The notes: generated by a model not told the origin, from the sequence alone. Positions 1 to 6,830 are shown, counted from the stretch's first letter. The stretch is 12,930 nt of DNA from an uncultured archaeon (GCA_964402015.1 CAYOAS010000022.1:1-12930); one strand, 5' to 3'. Made by a program: numbers and translations.

Positions 1-382
1 GCAAAAAACAGGCACTACCAAATGTAGTCAATAAAATTCAGCTAAAAATCAGGTATCTAGATTGAAAAAAATAAGCCTAATAAAAAAGCGAGCCGGCTAA
101 TGACTTGGAAAAAAAGTAGCGATGGCAAAATATAAGTGTCAATCAAAACTTTCCCTTCCGCTACGCAACAGACAAAAAAGAACGGATGAAAACAGTAATA
201 GAAAGAGCGCTTGAATACAAGAAAGAAAAACAGCGCAGCTAACTTTTTGGATTTTGTTGTTTGTCTTTTGCTTGTGCCCAGAGAAATTCAAAAAAACCAA
301 ATTGTGGTGTTAGAATAAAATACAAACGTGTTTCATTTCCAGTTTGAAATGAATATTTCCTGCCAAAATTCTTCTTGTCACA

Positions 383-568
383 ATGGATTTTCTTTTGCCT
401 TCGCATATCGTTAACTATTTTAACGTTTCCAAGCACACTAGAACTATGCAAGAGTATAATGTAAAGCATGTTTCCCCTGTTGTTTCGCGGAAAAAATTCC
501 AGGGGCACGTTTATAATGTTACTACCGAAACAGGCAACTTGTTTGTAGAAGACATTTTGGTTCACAAT
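383..568 (+). mobile_element. Orphan intein C-terminal half (IntC-a) fused in frame to the Lon extein. There is an alternative internal start at ATG 446, which would give a 41-aa IntC.
   Basis: [26 protein letters not shown] followed by S at +1 is a canonical block F/G. It resembles the pattern of known short IntC halves such as Neq Pol IntC (...VILYDLSTESGKFYVNGLVLHN). No intein block A or B, and no Lon N-terminus, is present in the 382 nt upstream. That region is A-tract-rich and has stops in all frames. Confidence 0.6.
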
Positions 569-2305
569 TCAGGCGGCCTTGGAACTCCGGCGCACTTGAG
601 GATTGAAGCCGGCTTGATTCACAAAAGTTCCGGTGGCGTGCTATTTTTGGATGAAATTGCTACTCTTTCCCAGAAGGGGCAGCAGGAATTGTTGACAGCA
701 ATGCAGGAAAAAAAATATTCAATTACCGGCCAAAGCGAAATGTCTTCTGGAGCCATGACTAGAACAGAGCTGATTCCTTGTTTTCCGGCTGGAACAATAA
801 TTGCAACTGAAAAAGGCTTTGTTGAAATTGATAAATTTGTGAACGGGCTGTTTGAAAGTCAAGCATGGCAAGTTGGCAAAGAAAATAGTGTGGATTTTTT
901 GGATTTACTGGATTCTATTAAAGTTTGGGTTCCAACAGATAACGGAATTTTTTTAGACAAATTGGAACGAGTTTATAGGAAGCCTTTTTCTGGTAAATTA
1001 ATAAAAATTACTTTTGATGATGGCAGTGAATTATTGGCGACCAAAGAGCATCCAATTAAAACGCCAACGGGTTTTATCCAAGCAAAAGACCTTAAAATCA
1101 GGCAGGCAGTAGAAGCGATTTCACCAATAATTGATGATATGAAAATAATTGAAACATACAATAAAGAAAATCAGCGAGTTGCAAAGGCATATGCTGCTTG
1201 GAAAGCAAACCCATCATTAAAATCCAAAATACTCGGGGTTGATTATAAAACAATCGCTGCTTGGAAAAAAGGAACAGTGCCAAGGACCCTTCGTTGCATT
1301 GATTGGTTGAAAAAAAGAAAATTGCTTCCTTTGCTTTACGAGGATTCTAGATTGGGTCTGATTGCACGAATCAGTGGTGCTTTATTTGGAGACGGGGGTT
1401 TAACAAGAACTGGGTTGTTTTTTGTAACTGATTCAAACAGCAGAATGGACTTGGATGCTTTTAAGTATGATTTGATTAAAACTTTTGGGGACGATTTGGA
1501 ATCAAATTTTGTTTTCAGAAAACACGCTTCAAAAAAAGGGAGCGGTATTGATGTTTCTATGCATAATGCTTTTGTTTCCAGATTTTTTGCTGCGCTTCAG
1601 GTTCCTCGCAATGGCAAGGTAGCACAGCAGTTTGAAGTTCCTGCTTGGGTAAATTCTTCAAATGAAACAAAAAGAGAGTTTTTTTCTGCATTGTTATCCT
1701 GTGAAATGTGCGGCAAAATAAAAAATGCTGGCGGTAAAATATCATTTGTAATGGCAAAGGTTAAAAAATTTGAAAAACAACACATTGCTTTTTTAAATGA
1801 AATAAAAAATTTTTTGGCTGAAAACAAAATAGAGACGAGCAAAATTATTGAAAACAGGAGTTATATGAGAAATAAGACTGGCACGCCAGAAACTGCTGCG
1901 CTTTATTCTTTTAATATTCAGAATAACTGTGGGAATATTGCCCGCTTTATGAATCTGGTTCAGATTTGTTATGCAAGTAACAAAGCGGGTTATATGAAAA
2001 GGCGGTTTGAAGCAGCAGCAATTTACTCTGAAAATTTGGGAGTATTAAAAACAAATAAAGTTAATGCTCTGAAATTGCGGGCAAAGGGTTTAACTATAAA
2101 AGAAATAGGCAATTGCATTAAGCTTTCAAAAAACACTATCCTGAAGACAATTGAGCCGACTTACAATCAGTATTCTTCCATGCACAAAAAAATAGCAGCA
2201 GACCTAATGAAAACCGGCTTGACTGCCAAAAAAGCTGCGCTAAAATTAAAGATGCCATACACTACTTTACTTTATTGGAAAAATAATGGTGAAATGAATG
2301 TTTAA
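383..2305 (+). CDS. lon: Lon (LonB-type) protease fragment 1. It is a fusion of an intein C-terminal half (aa 1-62), the Lon AAA+ Walker-B/sensor-1 segment (aa 63-132), and the N-terminal splicing region plus LAGLIDADG endonuclease of a second intein (aa 133-640).
   Basis: The translation contains SGGLGTPAH...[13 protein letters not shown]...[33 protein letters not shown], which matches the archaeal LonB Walker-B region. The preceding ...[21 protein letters not shown]|S is an intein block F/G ending in His-Asn with Ser at +1. After ...TELIP the sequence [10 protein letters not shown] (intein block A) and ...ATKEHPI (block B, TxxH) follow. The ORF begins after an in-frame TGA at 350-352. The ORF track confirms the frame. 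Confidence 0.75.
   Translation: MDFLLPSHIVNYFNVSKHTRTMQEYNVKHVSPVVSRKKFQGHVYNVTTETGNLFVEDILVHNSGGLGTPAHLRIEAGLIHKSSGGVLFLDEIATLSQKGQQELLTAMQEKKYSITGQSEMSSGAMTRTELIPCFPAGTIIATEKGFVEIDKFVNGLFESQAWQVGKENSVDFLDLLDSIKVWVPTDNGIFLDKLERVYRKPFSGKLIKITFDDGSELLATKEHPIKTPTGFIQAKDLKIRQAVEAISPIIDDMKIIETYNKENQRVAKAYAAWKANPSLKSKILGVDYKTIAAWKKGTVPRTLRCIDWLKKRKLLPLLYEDSRLGLIARISGALFGDGGLTRTGLFFVTDSNSRMDLDAFKYDLIKTFGDDLESNFVFRKHASKKGSGIDVSMHNAFVSRFFAALQVPRNGKVAQQFEVPAWVNSSNETKREFFSALLSCEMCGKIKNAGGKISFVMAKVKKFEKQHIAFLNEIKNFLAENKIETSKIIENRSYMRNKTGTPETAALYSFNIQNNCGNIARFMNLVQICYASNKAGYMKRRFEAAAIYSENLGVLKTNKVNALKLRAKGLTIKEIGNCIKLSKNTILKTIEPTYNQYSSMHKKIAADLMKTGLTAKKAALKLKMPYTTLLYWKNNGEMNV
569..778 (+). other. lon: Lon extein segment of 70 aa, covering Walker B (VLFLDEI) through the PCDF junction, and bounded by inteins on both sides.
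   Basis: This is the aligned LonB motif run. It is interrupted exactly between the P and C of the conserved P-C-D-F(V/I)LVAAGN motif. Confidence 0.7.
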
Positions 2306-2417
2306 CACGACAACAAAAAAGATTGTTTCAATTGAAGAAACAGATTATTCCGGAATGGTTTATAATCTAAAAACAGTTTCTGGCACTTATTTGGCTAATG
2401 GTATTGCTGTTCATAAT
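779..2417 (+). mobile_element. Large intein (intein-b) inserted at the Lon PCDF site. Block A is at 779, block B at about 1040, the LAGLIDADG homing-endonuclease domain at about 1340-1800, HTH-like DNA-binding segments at about 2060-2280, and block F/G at 2350-2417.
   Basis: The intein starts at Cys ([14 protein letters not shown]) and ends [25 protein letters not shown] with Cys at +1 ([10 protein letters not shown]). Its length is 1639 nt, which is not a multiple of 3. The reading frame breaks at 2298-2305, where the gene 1 stop TAA overlaps the gene 2 ATG in ATGAATGTTTAA. The intein is therefore encoded across two ORFs. Confidence 0.75.
1340..1800 (+). other. LAGLIDADG homing-endonuclease domain inside intein-b.
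   Basis: Two LAGLIDADG-type motifs are present. [17 protein letters not shown] lies at nt 1352-1402. [16 protein letters not shown] lies at about nt 1673-1720. They are spaced about 100 aa apart, as in double-motif LAGLIDADG enzymes. Confidence 0.6.
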
Positions 2418-3506
2418 TGTGATTTTGTTCTGGTTGCAGCTGGAAATTATGAAGATTTGAGAAAGGTTCATCCCGCGCTCCGTTCAAGAATCCGCGGTTA
2501 TGGGTATGAGGTTTACATGAACAGTGACATGCCTGATACCCCGGAAAACAGGTTAAAGATTGTAAAATTTGTTGCGCAGGAAATAAAAAAGGACGGAAAA
2601 ATTCCTGCTTTTTCAAGAGAAGCTGTTGAAGAAATAATTTTTGAAGCAAGAAGGCGTGCGGGAAGCAAGAACAAGCTGACTTTGAAATTGCGCGATTTGG
2701 GCGGTCTTGTCCGCGCTGCCGGAGACCTTGCAAAAGAAAAGGGAAAAATTCTTGTAGAGCGCCAGGATGTTTTTGAGGCAAAAATGAGCGCAAGGACATT
2801 GGAGCAGCAGATGGTTGGAAAAATTTTGGAGCACAGGAGAGAATACAATGTTTATTTGACTGAAGGCAGTGCTGTCGGCAGAGTAAATGGCCTGGCTGTT
2901 TCTGGCGACGGGGATGCCGGCCTGGTTTTGCCAATCGAAGCAGAGATTGCACCGGCACAATCGAGCGCAGAGGGAAAAATAATTGCCACTGGAAAGCTTG
3001 GAGAAATTGCAAAAGAGGCAGTGCAAAATGTTTCGGCTCTTGTAAAAAAACTCAGTGGAAAAGACATAAGCAAATTCGATTTGCACATTCAGTTCTTGCA
3101 ATCTTATGAGGGCGTTGAAGGCGATTCTGCAAGCGTTTCTGTTGCAACAGCTGTCATCAGCGCGCTTGAGGGAATTCCGGTAAAGCAATCGCTTGCAATG
3201 ACTGGCTCTTTGAGCGTGCGCGGAGAAGTATTGCCAGTCGGCGGCATTAGTGCAAAAGTCCAGGCTGCAATAAAAGCTGGCTTTAAAGAAGTCATTGTTC
3301 CAAAATCAAATATTGAGGATATTGTTTTGCCGGAAAGCGAATTGAAAAAAATCCGTGTTGTTTCAGTTTCCAACATTTCCGATGTTTTGGATTGCGCATT
3401 TGAAAAATCAAGCCAAAAAATAAAGCTGTTGAAAGACCTGGACAAGCTAGTGAAAATCAATTTGTCAAGAGTAATAGAAAAAACAATAGAAAAAATTTCA
3501 GCCTAA
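2298..3506 (+). CDS. lon: Lon (LonB-type) protease fragment 2. It consists of an intein C-terminal half (aa 1-40, IntC-b) followed by the Lon AAA+ C-terminal subdomain and the Ser-Lys protease domain (aa 41-402).
   Basis: The product starts [40 protein letters not shown]|[10 protein letters not shown]. Downstream are the sensor-2 motif ALRSRI and the protease domain, with catalytic Ser in GDSASVS and Lys in [10 protein letters not shown]. The start overlaps the gene 1 stop by 8 nt. Confidence 0.8.
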   Translation: MFNTTTKKIVSIEETDYSGMVYNLKTVSGTYLANGIAVHNCDFVLVAAGNYEDLRKVHPALRSRIRGYGYEVYMNSDMPDTPENRLKIVKFVAQEIKKDGKIPAFSREAVEEIIFEARRRAGSKNKLTLKLRDLGGLVRAAGDLAKEKGKILVERQDVFEAKMSARTLEQQMVGKILEHRREYNVYLTEGSAVGRVNGLAVSGDGDAGLVLPIEAEIAPAQSSAEGKIIATGKLGEIAKEAVQNVSALVKKLSGKDISKFDLHIQFLQSYEGVEGDSASVSVATAVISALEGIPVKQSLAMTGSLSVRGEVLPVGGISAKVQAAIKAGFKEVIVPKSNIEDIVLPESELKKIRVVSVSNISDVLDCAFEKSSQKIKLLKDLDKLVKINLSRVIEKTIEKISA

Positions 3507-3674
3507 GCATTCTGAACCTGCGGTGTTCGGAAAAAAAAGGTTTCAGAGCCAGCAATCCTTATAACACTAAAGTAGACCCTGACAACACGAAGATACCCCA
3601 TACAAAAAAAATTACCCAAAACAGTATTCTAGTTTGACTAAAAAAAATAATAAAGGGCATAAAAATGGAATATC

Positions 3675-4046
3675 ATGGCTCAAAAAGCTAAGATGTCGAG
3701 ACCATTTCGAAGAGGAGTTGTTTGTCTTAAGAGGGCTTGGCGCGTAATTGTAGGCTCTTACAAGACAGGAAGGGGCACGGGTCGTACTGATGCACTCAAA
3801 GAAGCAGCGCTTGTTGAAATGAAAAAGAAAAAACCTGATTGGGAAAAAATACTTCGTGTCAGAAAAGCAGTGGAAGAGGACATTAAACGCAACGAAGAAT
3901 TTATACGGCAAGTCAGGAAACTAATGAAAACTGCTCAAAAAATAGGCAAACCAGCTGATTCATATGAGGGCTTTATAAAAAAATCGCAAGCAGCCATTTT
4001 GTCCCATAAAAGGTTCTTGCGTAAAATAGGCTGGAGACACAGGTAG
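3675..4046 (+). CDS. Hypothetical small protein of 123 aa, very basic (K/R-rich), with no recognised family.
   Basis: A clean ORF with an ATG start. An AT-rich TATA-like segment (aataataaa) lies about 30 nt upstream. A convergent terminator hairpin lies downstream. Function is not assignable from sequence. Confidence 0.45.
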   Translation: MAQKAKMSRPFRRGVVCLKRAWRVIVGSYKTGRGTGRTDALKEAALVEMKKKKPDWEKILRVRKAVEEDIKRNEEFIRQVRKLMKTAQKIGKPADSYEGFIKKSQAAILSHKRFLRKIGWRHR

Positions 4047-4052
4047 TGCAAT

Positions 4053-4090
4053 AGGTTTCCGTCTGTTTGTTTTGAAACCTGTTTTTTGTT
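4053..4090. terminator. Bidirectional terminator-like hairpin plus T-run between two convergent genes.
   Basis: aggtttc(4053-4059) ... gaaacct(4074-4080) forms a 7-bp stem. It is followed by ttttttgtttt. Confidence 0.45.
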
Positions 4091-4091
4091 T

Positions 4092-5342
4092 TCAGTTTGC
4101 TAATATTATTCTTCCGTCGCGGAATGTGAAGTCTTTTTTCTTTATTTTTGCTGTTTCTTTTGTGCGCACGTTATGGAAAGCAATGTTTTCTTTTTCCGCG
4201 TCAATTGCTTCAATTTTTCCGAGCCATTTTCCCTGTTTGTCGTAAACTGGCAATCCCATTAATAGTTTTGTTATTTTTCCGCGCACGTCAAAGACCTTTG
4301 AAGACTGGTAAACGAGGAATAATACCAAAAAGCTGAACAGAATGCATCCCAAAAACCAGTTTAAATCTGCTTGTTTCAGGAACACTTGAGTTCCTGCATC
4401 CAGAATCAGCCAGACCAGGAAAATTGAAACGGAATACAAAAAATACTTGCGCAGTGCAAACGCTTTTTTGAAGTGCACAGTGTCAATTCCTTTTCCGATT
4501 ACAAAGCTGAGTGCGGAAAGCGCTGCAAAAAAATATGCTTGTTGCGCGCTCTGGATTGAATTCAATACAAATTCAAGGTCTTTGTTTGCCGCAAAATTTG
4601 CATATGCTGTTATTGCGCCGAAAGCGAGAATGAAAACGCTCCCGATATAAAAAGGAAAGCTCATGCGCTGTATTGAAAAGCTCGAGCCAAAACTCCTTAT
4701 TCCGGAAACAATGGGTTCTTCCAAACCAAAGCCTTTCAAGAGGAAATATATTCCGATTACAAGCGAAACCAATTGCAGGCTGAGGGAACCAAAGAAAAAA
4801 TATGCCAAAAAAATTACTGCCGGAATAAGCAACAGCCTTGAAATGCTCGGGTCCTTGAACGCTTCAATTATTGTATAATAAGTGCTTTCCACTTCTTTTG
4901 CCTGTTTTATTATTACAACCTCTTTTGAAACCAACCGCATTTTTGATTGCAGCAACGGCAATACCTGCTCGTCTTCCGCGCCGTCAGTTACGAGCACAAA
5001 ACCGTCCGCGGGATTTTTTTCCAGAATTGAATCCAATTGCTCCATTATTTGCCTGTCGGACTTGAAACCGCTTTTGTCAACGCCAGTAAATATTGCTACC
5101 TCTGTATTCTGGATTTCTTCTTTTACCTCGTCAAATTTTTTTATTGCCGCAAACATGCTGTTTGAATCGCTTTCAGAGGGATCTGCAACAGCCAATTTTG
5201 CTGCTGCATTCAATACAGCGCGCCTGCCAATGACCGGGCCTTGAATGCCTGTTTTTCTGCCCAAATCGTTGTCGCGGTCAACGCACACTACCAAAATGCT
5301 GTTAATCGTCTTCAATTCTACCACATTTAACCCTATTGCCAA
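4092..5342 (-). CDS. DUF373-family archaeal integral membrane protein. The N-terminal soluble domain carries an ILVVCVDRDNDLG motif. About 6 TM helices follow. The C-terminus has a small beta-rich domain.
   Basis: The N-terminal ...ILVVCVDRDNDLGRKTGIQGPVIGRRAVLNAAAKLAVADPSESDSN matches my recollection of the DUF373 signature. Hydrophobic helices occupy aa about 170-350. The annotated start at 5342 is a TTG, and an in-frame GTG lies at 5324. No ATG occurs before aa 63. Confidence 0.5.
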   Translation of the reverse strand: MAIGLNVVELKTINSILVVCVDRDNDLGRKTGIQGPVIGRRAVLNAAAKLAVADPSESDSNSMFAAIKKFDEVKEEIQNTEVAIFTGVDKSGFKSDRQIMEQLDSILEKNPADGFVLVTDGAEDEQVLPLLQSKMRLVSKEVVIIKQAKEVESTYYTIIEAFKDPSISRLLLIPAVIFLAYFFFGSLSLQLVSLVIGIYFLLKGFGLEEPIVSGIRSFGSSFSIQRMSFPFYIGSVFILAFGAITAYANFAANKDLEFVLNSIQSAQQAYFFAALSALSFVIGKGIDTVHFKKAFALRKYFLYSVSIFLVWLILDAGTQVFLKQADLNWFLGCILFSFLVLFLVYQSSKVFDVRGKITKLLMGLPVYDKQGKWLGKIEAIDAEKENIAFHNVRTKETAKIKKKDFTFRDGRIILAN

Positions 5343-5346
5343 GAAG

Positions 5347-5375
5347 TCTATAACCTGAACTTATTAGGTTATAGA
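5347..5375. repeat. Perfect 10-bp inverted repeat with a 9-nt loop. It is a candidate IS200/IS605 left-end subterminal hairpin and also a possible RHH operator.
   Basis: tctataacct gaacttatt aggttataga. A related hairpin (ccataacct...aggttatg) occurs at 6704-6736, at the 3' end of tnpB. Confidence 0.5.
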
Positions 5376-5422
5376 TGAATTGGTAATCCGTGTTTTTATT
5401 CTTTTCTGTTCTAATTTGTTCT

Positions 5423-5560
5423 ATGGAGAAAACGAGCATTTCTATTTGGAAAGACACAGTAGAAAAAGTTGCTGTTTTGGCTAAAAAAGAAAATCGTAGC
5501 ATATCGGCTCAGATAGATTACATTATACAAAAATATTTTGAAGGACAGGGAAAAAAATGA
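5423..5560 (+). CDS. Ribbon-helix-helix (CopG/Arc/MetJ-type) DNA-binding protein of 45 aa.
   Basis: Translated by hand as MEKTSISIWKDTVEKVAVLAKKENRSISAQIDYIIQKYFEGQGKK. It shows a beta-strand (SISIW), helix 1, an N-R-S turn, then helix 2, which is the classic RHH layout. Its stop TGA overlaps the tnpB start in ATGATGG. It is absent from the ORF track only because it is shorter than 60 aa. Confidence 0.55.
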   Translation: MEKTSISIWKDTVEKVAVLAKKENRSISAQIDYIIQKYFEGQGKK

Positions 5561-6741
5561 TGGCATACAAGTTTCGGCTTTATCCTTCAAAACAACAAGC
5601 ACAGGCATTGTTCAAGACATTCAATTTGTGCAGATTCATATACAACAATCTATTGGAAAAACTGAACAATAGCAAAAAGATTAATAGAAAAGCAATCCAA
5701 CATTTAATTGTTGAATTGAAAAAAGAATATCCTGAACTAAAAACGGTTTATTCAAAAACATTGCAGTATGAATGTTATCGGTTGTTTAGCAATTTGTGTT
5801 CATTATCCCGATTGAAAAAGAAAGGGCAAAAGGTGGGAAAATTGCGTTTCAAGGGAAGAGATTGGTTCAAGACAATCAATTACAATCAAAGCGGTTTCAA
5901 GTTGGAGCAAACAGGAAAACGCTTTGGCAAATTATCTCTTTCAAAAATAGGCAATCTAAACATTCGTTGCCACAGAATAACAAGCGGAAAAATCAAGCAA
6001 ATAACAATCAAGAAAAGCGCAAACAAGTGGTATGCTATTCTAATAACTGATGGAACAAACAATCGCCAATGTGGAACTAGAAAGATTGGCTTGGACTTGG
6101 GAATAATCAATTTTGTTGCAGACAGCAATGGCAACAAAACAAAATCACCATTGTTCTTGAAAAAGAACTTGGCAAAAATCAAGTTGGCACATCAAGATTT
6201 ATCAAGAAAAAAAAGGGGAAGCCAAAACAGAAAAAAGTTAAAACAACATTTAAACAAACTTTATGAAAAGGTTGATGACCAACGAAACGATTTTTTGCAA
6301 AAGCTATCAACAAAAATCGTTTCAGAAAACAAACTAATCTGTATAGAAAAGCTCGTCATCAATAAAATGGTTAACAACAAGAAAAACAAACATTGGAACA
6401 AGCGGAATATGCTTGATTGTTCTTGGGCAACATTTACTTCCCTACTAAAACGCAAGGCTGAAAGTGCTGGTGCAAAAGTAATAGAAGTAAATCCAAAGAA
6501 CACAACAAAAACGTGCAGCAATTGTGGAACTATGCAAGATATTCCATTATCACAGAGAACATACTCTTGTGATTGTGGATTGGAATTGGATAGGGATACA
6601 AATGCCGCTAAAAATATATTGGCTCTGGGACAGGGCTTTGTTGAGAAATTTCCTCTACCTTCCGACAATGTTGGAATGCAAGAACATTCAATGAAACAAG
6701 AAGCCATAACCTCAACACTAAAAGCGTTAGGTTATGAATAG
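5557..6741 (+). CDS. tnpB: IS200/IS605-family TnpB (OrfB), an RNA-guided RuvC-like nuclease.
   Basis: The N-terminus AYKFRLYPSKQQAQALFKTFNLCRFIYNN is the typical OrfB_IS605 start. The RuvC-I motif is IGLDLGI. The RuvC-II motif is LICIEKL. The zinc ribbon is CSNCG...SCDCG. The RuvC-III motif is LDRDTNAAKNI. All catalytic residues are present. Confidence 0.85.
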   Translation: MMAYKFRLYPSKQQAQALFKTFNLCRFIYNNLLEKLNNSKKINRKAIQHLIVELKKEYPELKTVYSKTLQYECYRLFSNLCSLSRLKKKGQKVGKLRFKGRDWFKTINYNQSGFKLEQTGKRFGKLSLSKIGNLNIRCHRITSGKIKQITIKKSANKWYAILITDGTNNRQCGTRKIGLDLGIINFVADSNGNKTKSPLFLKKNLAKIKLAHQDLSRKKRGSQNRKKLKQHLNKLYEKVDDQRNDFLQKLSTKIVSENKLICIEKLVINKMVNNKKNKHWNKRNMLDCSWATFTSLLKRKAESAGAKVIEVNPKNTTKTCSNCGTMQDIPLSQRTYSCDCGLELDRDTNAAKNILALGQGFVEKFPLPSDNVGMQEHSMKQEAITSTLKALGYE

Positions 6742-6830
6742 TTCACATAATTATTCAAAGCAATGTTATATATACATTAATTCCATATCAAAAATATAAT
6801 AGTTATGATAATATCTGGCAAAAAGCAAAA
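6600..6830 (+). ncRNA. Predicted omega-RNA (right-end element RNA) of TnpB. It would overlap the 3' end of tnpB and extend past the right end into a guide segment.
   Basis: By established knowledge of IS200/IS605 TnpB systems, the omega-RNA scaffold is encoded at the tnpB 3' end and right end. Here that region contains the right-end hairpin. No direct structural evidence can be obtained by eye. Confidence 0.25.
6704..6736. repeat. Right-end subterminal hairpin of the IS, related to the left-end hairpin.
   Basis: ccataacct (6704-6712) and aggttatg (6729-6736) are reverse complements around a 16-nt loop. The shared core is ATAACCT/AGGTTAT. Confidence 0.45.

Larger units (their letters stand above)
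5343..6800 (+). mobile_element. IS200/IS605-family insertion sequence of IS1341-like type. It carries tnpB and no tnpA, plus a small RHH gene. The boundaries are approximate.
   Basis: tnpB is flanked by related subterminal hairpins at 5347-5375 and 6704-6736. The element sits between two unrelated host genes, DUF373 (minus strand) and the SPFH gene (plus strand). The exact ends cannot be fixed without a second copy or an empty site. Confidence 0.5.

Noticed and set aside
122-214. A 30-aa basic peptide ORF (MAKYKCQSKLSLPLRNRQKRTDENSNRKSA) in the upstream leader.
   Set aside because: It is too short and has no RBS or promoter context that I can support. It could be chance in an A-rich region.
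239-565. A 108-aa minus-strand ORF overlapping the start of lon.
   Set aside because: It lies antisense to a well-supported coding region and a low-complexity leader. It has no recognisable motifs and is typical AT-rich antisense read-through.
2281-2310. A programmed ribosomal frameshift joining the two lon ORFs.
   Set aside because: There is no slippery heptamer or downstream pseudoknot evident. A TGA immediately precedes the second ATG in its frame. Independent initiation or an indel is the simpler explanation, and this is kept as a checkable alternative.
2395-3460. Several minus-strand ORFs (205, 191, 118, 111 and 78 aa) inside the lon C-terminal gene.
   Set aside because: They are antisense to the strongly supported Lon protease domain. 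Their compositions are Cys/Phe/Leu-rich artefacts of the opposite-strand codon usage.
3507-3674. A tRNA or other structured RNA in the lon-downstream intergenic region.
   Set aside because: No cloverleaf-compatible acceptor or T-arm pairing (GTTC-R-A-type) is found by eye. Only a weak gaac/gttc hairpin at 3516-3530 is present. I cannot rule out a small RNA without a covariance-model scan.
4148-5244. Plus-strand ORFs of 62-120 aa inside the DUF373 gene.
   Set aside because: They are antisense to a long membrane-protein ORF with a conserved N-terminal motif. They have no independent support.
5796-6707. An 84-aa plus-strand ORF and 98-aa and 148-aa minus-strand ORFs inside tnpB.
   Set aside because: They are alternative-frame and antisense ORFs within a gene whose frame is fixed by RuvC and zinc-finger motifs.
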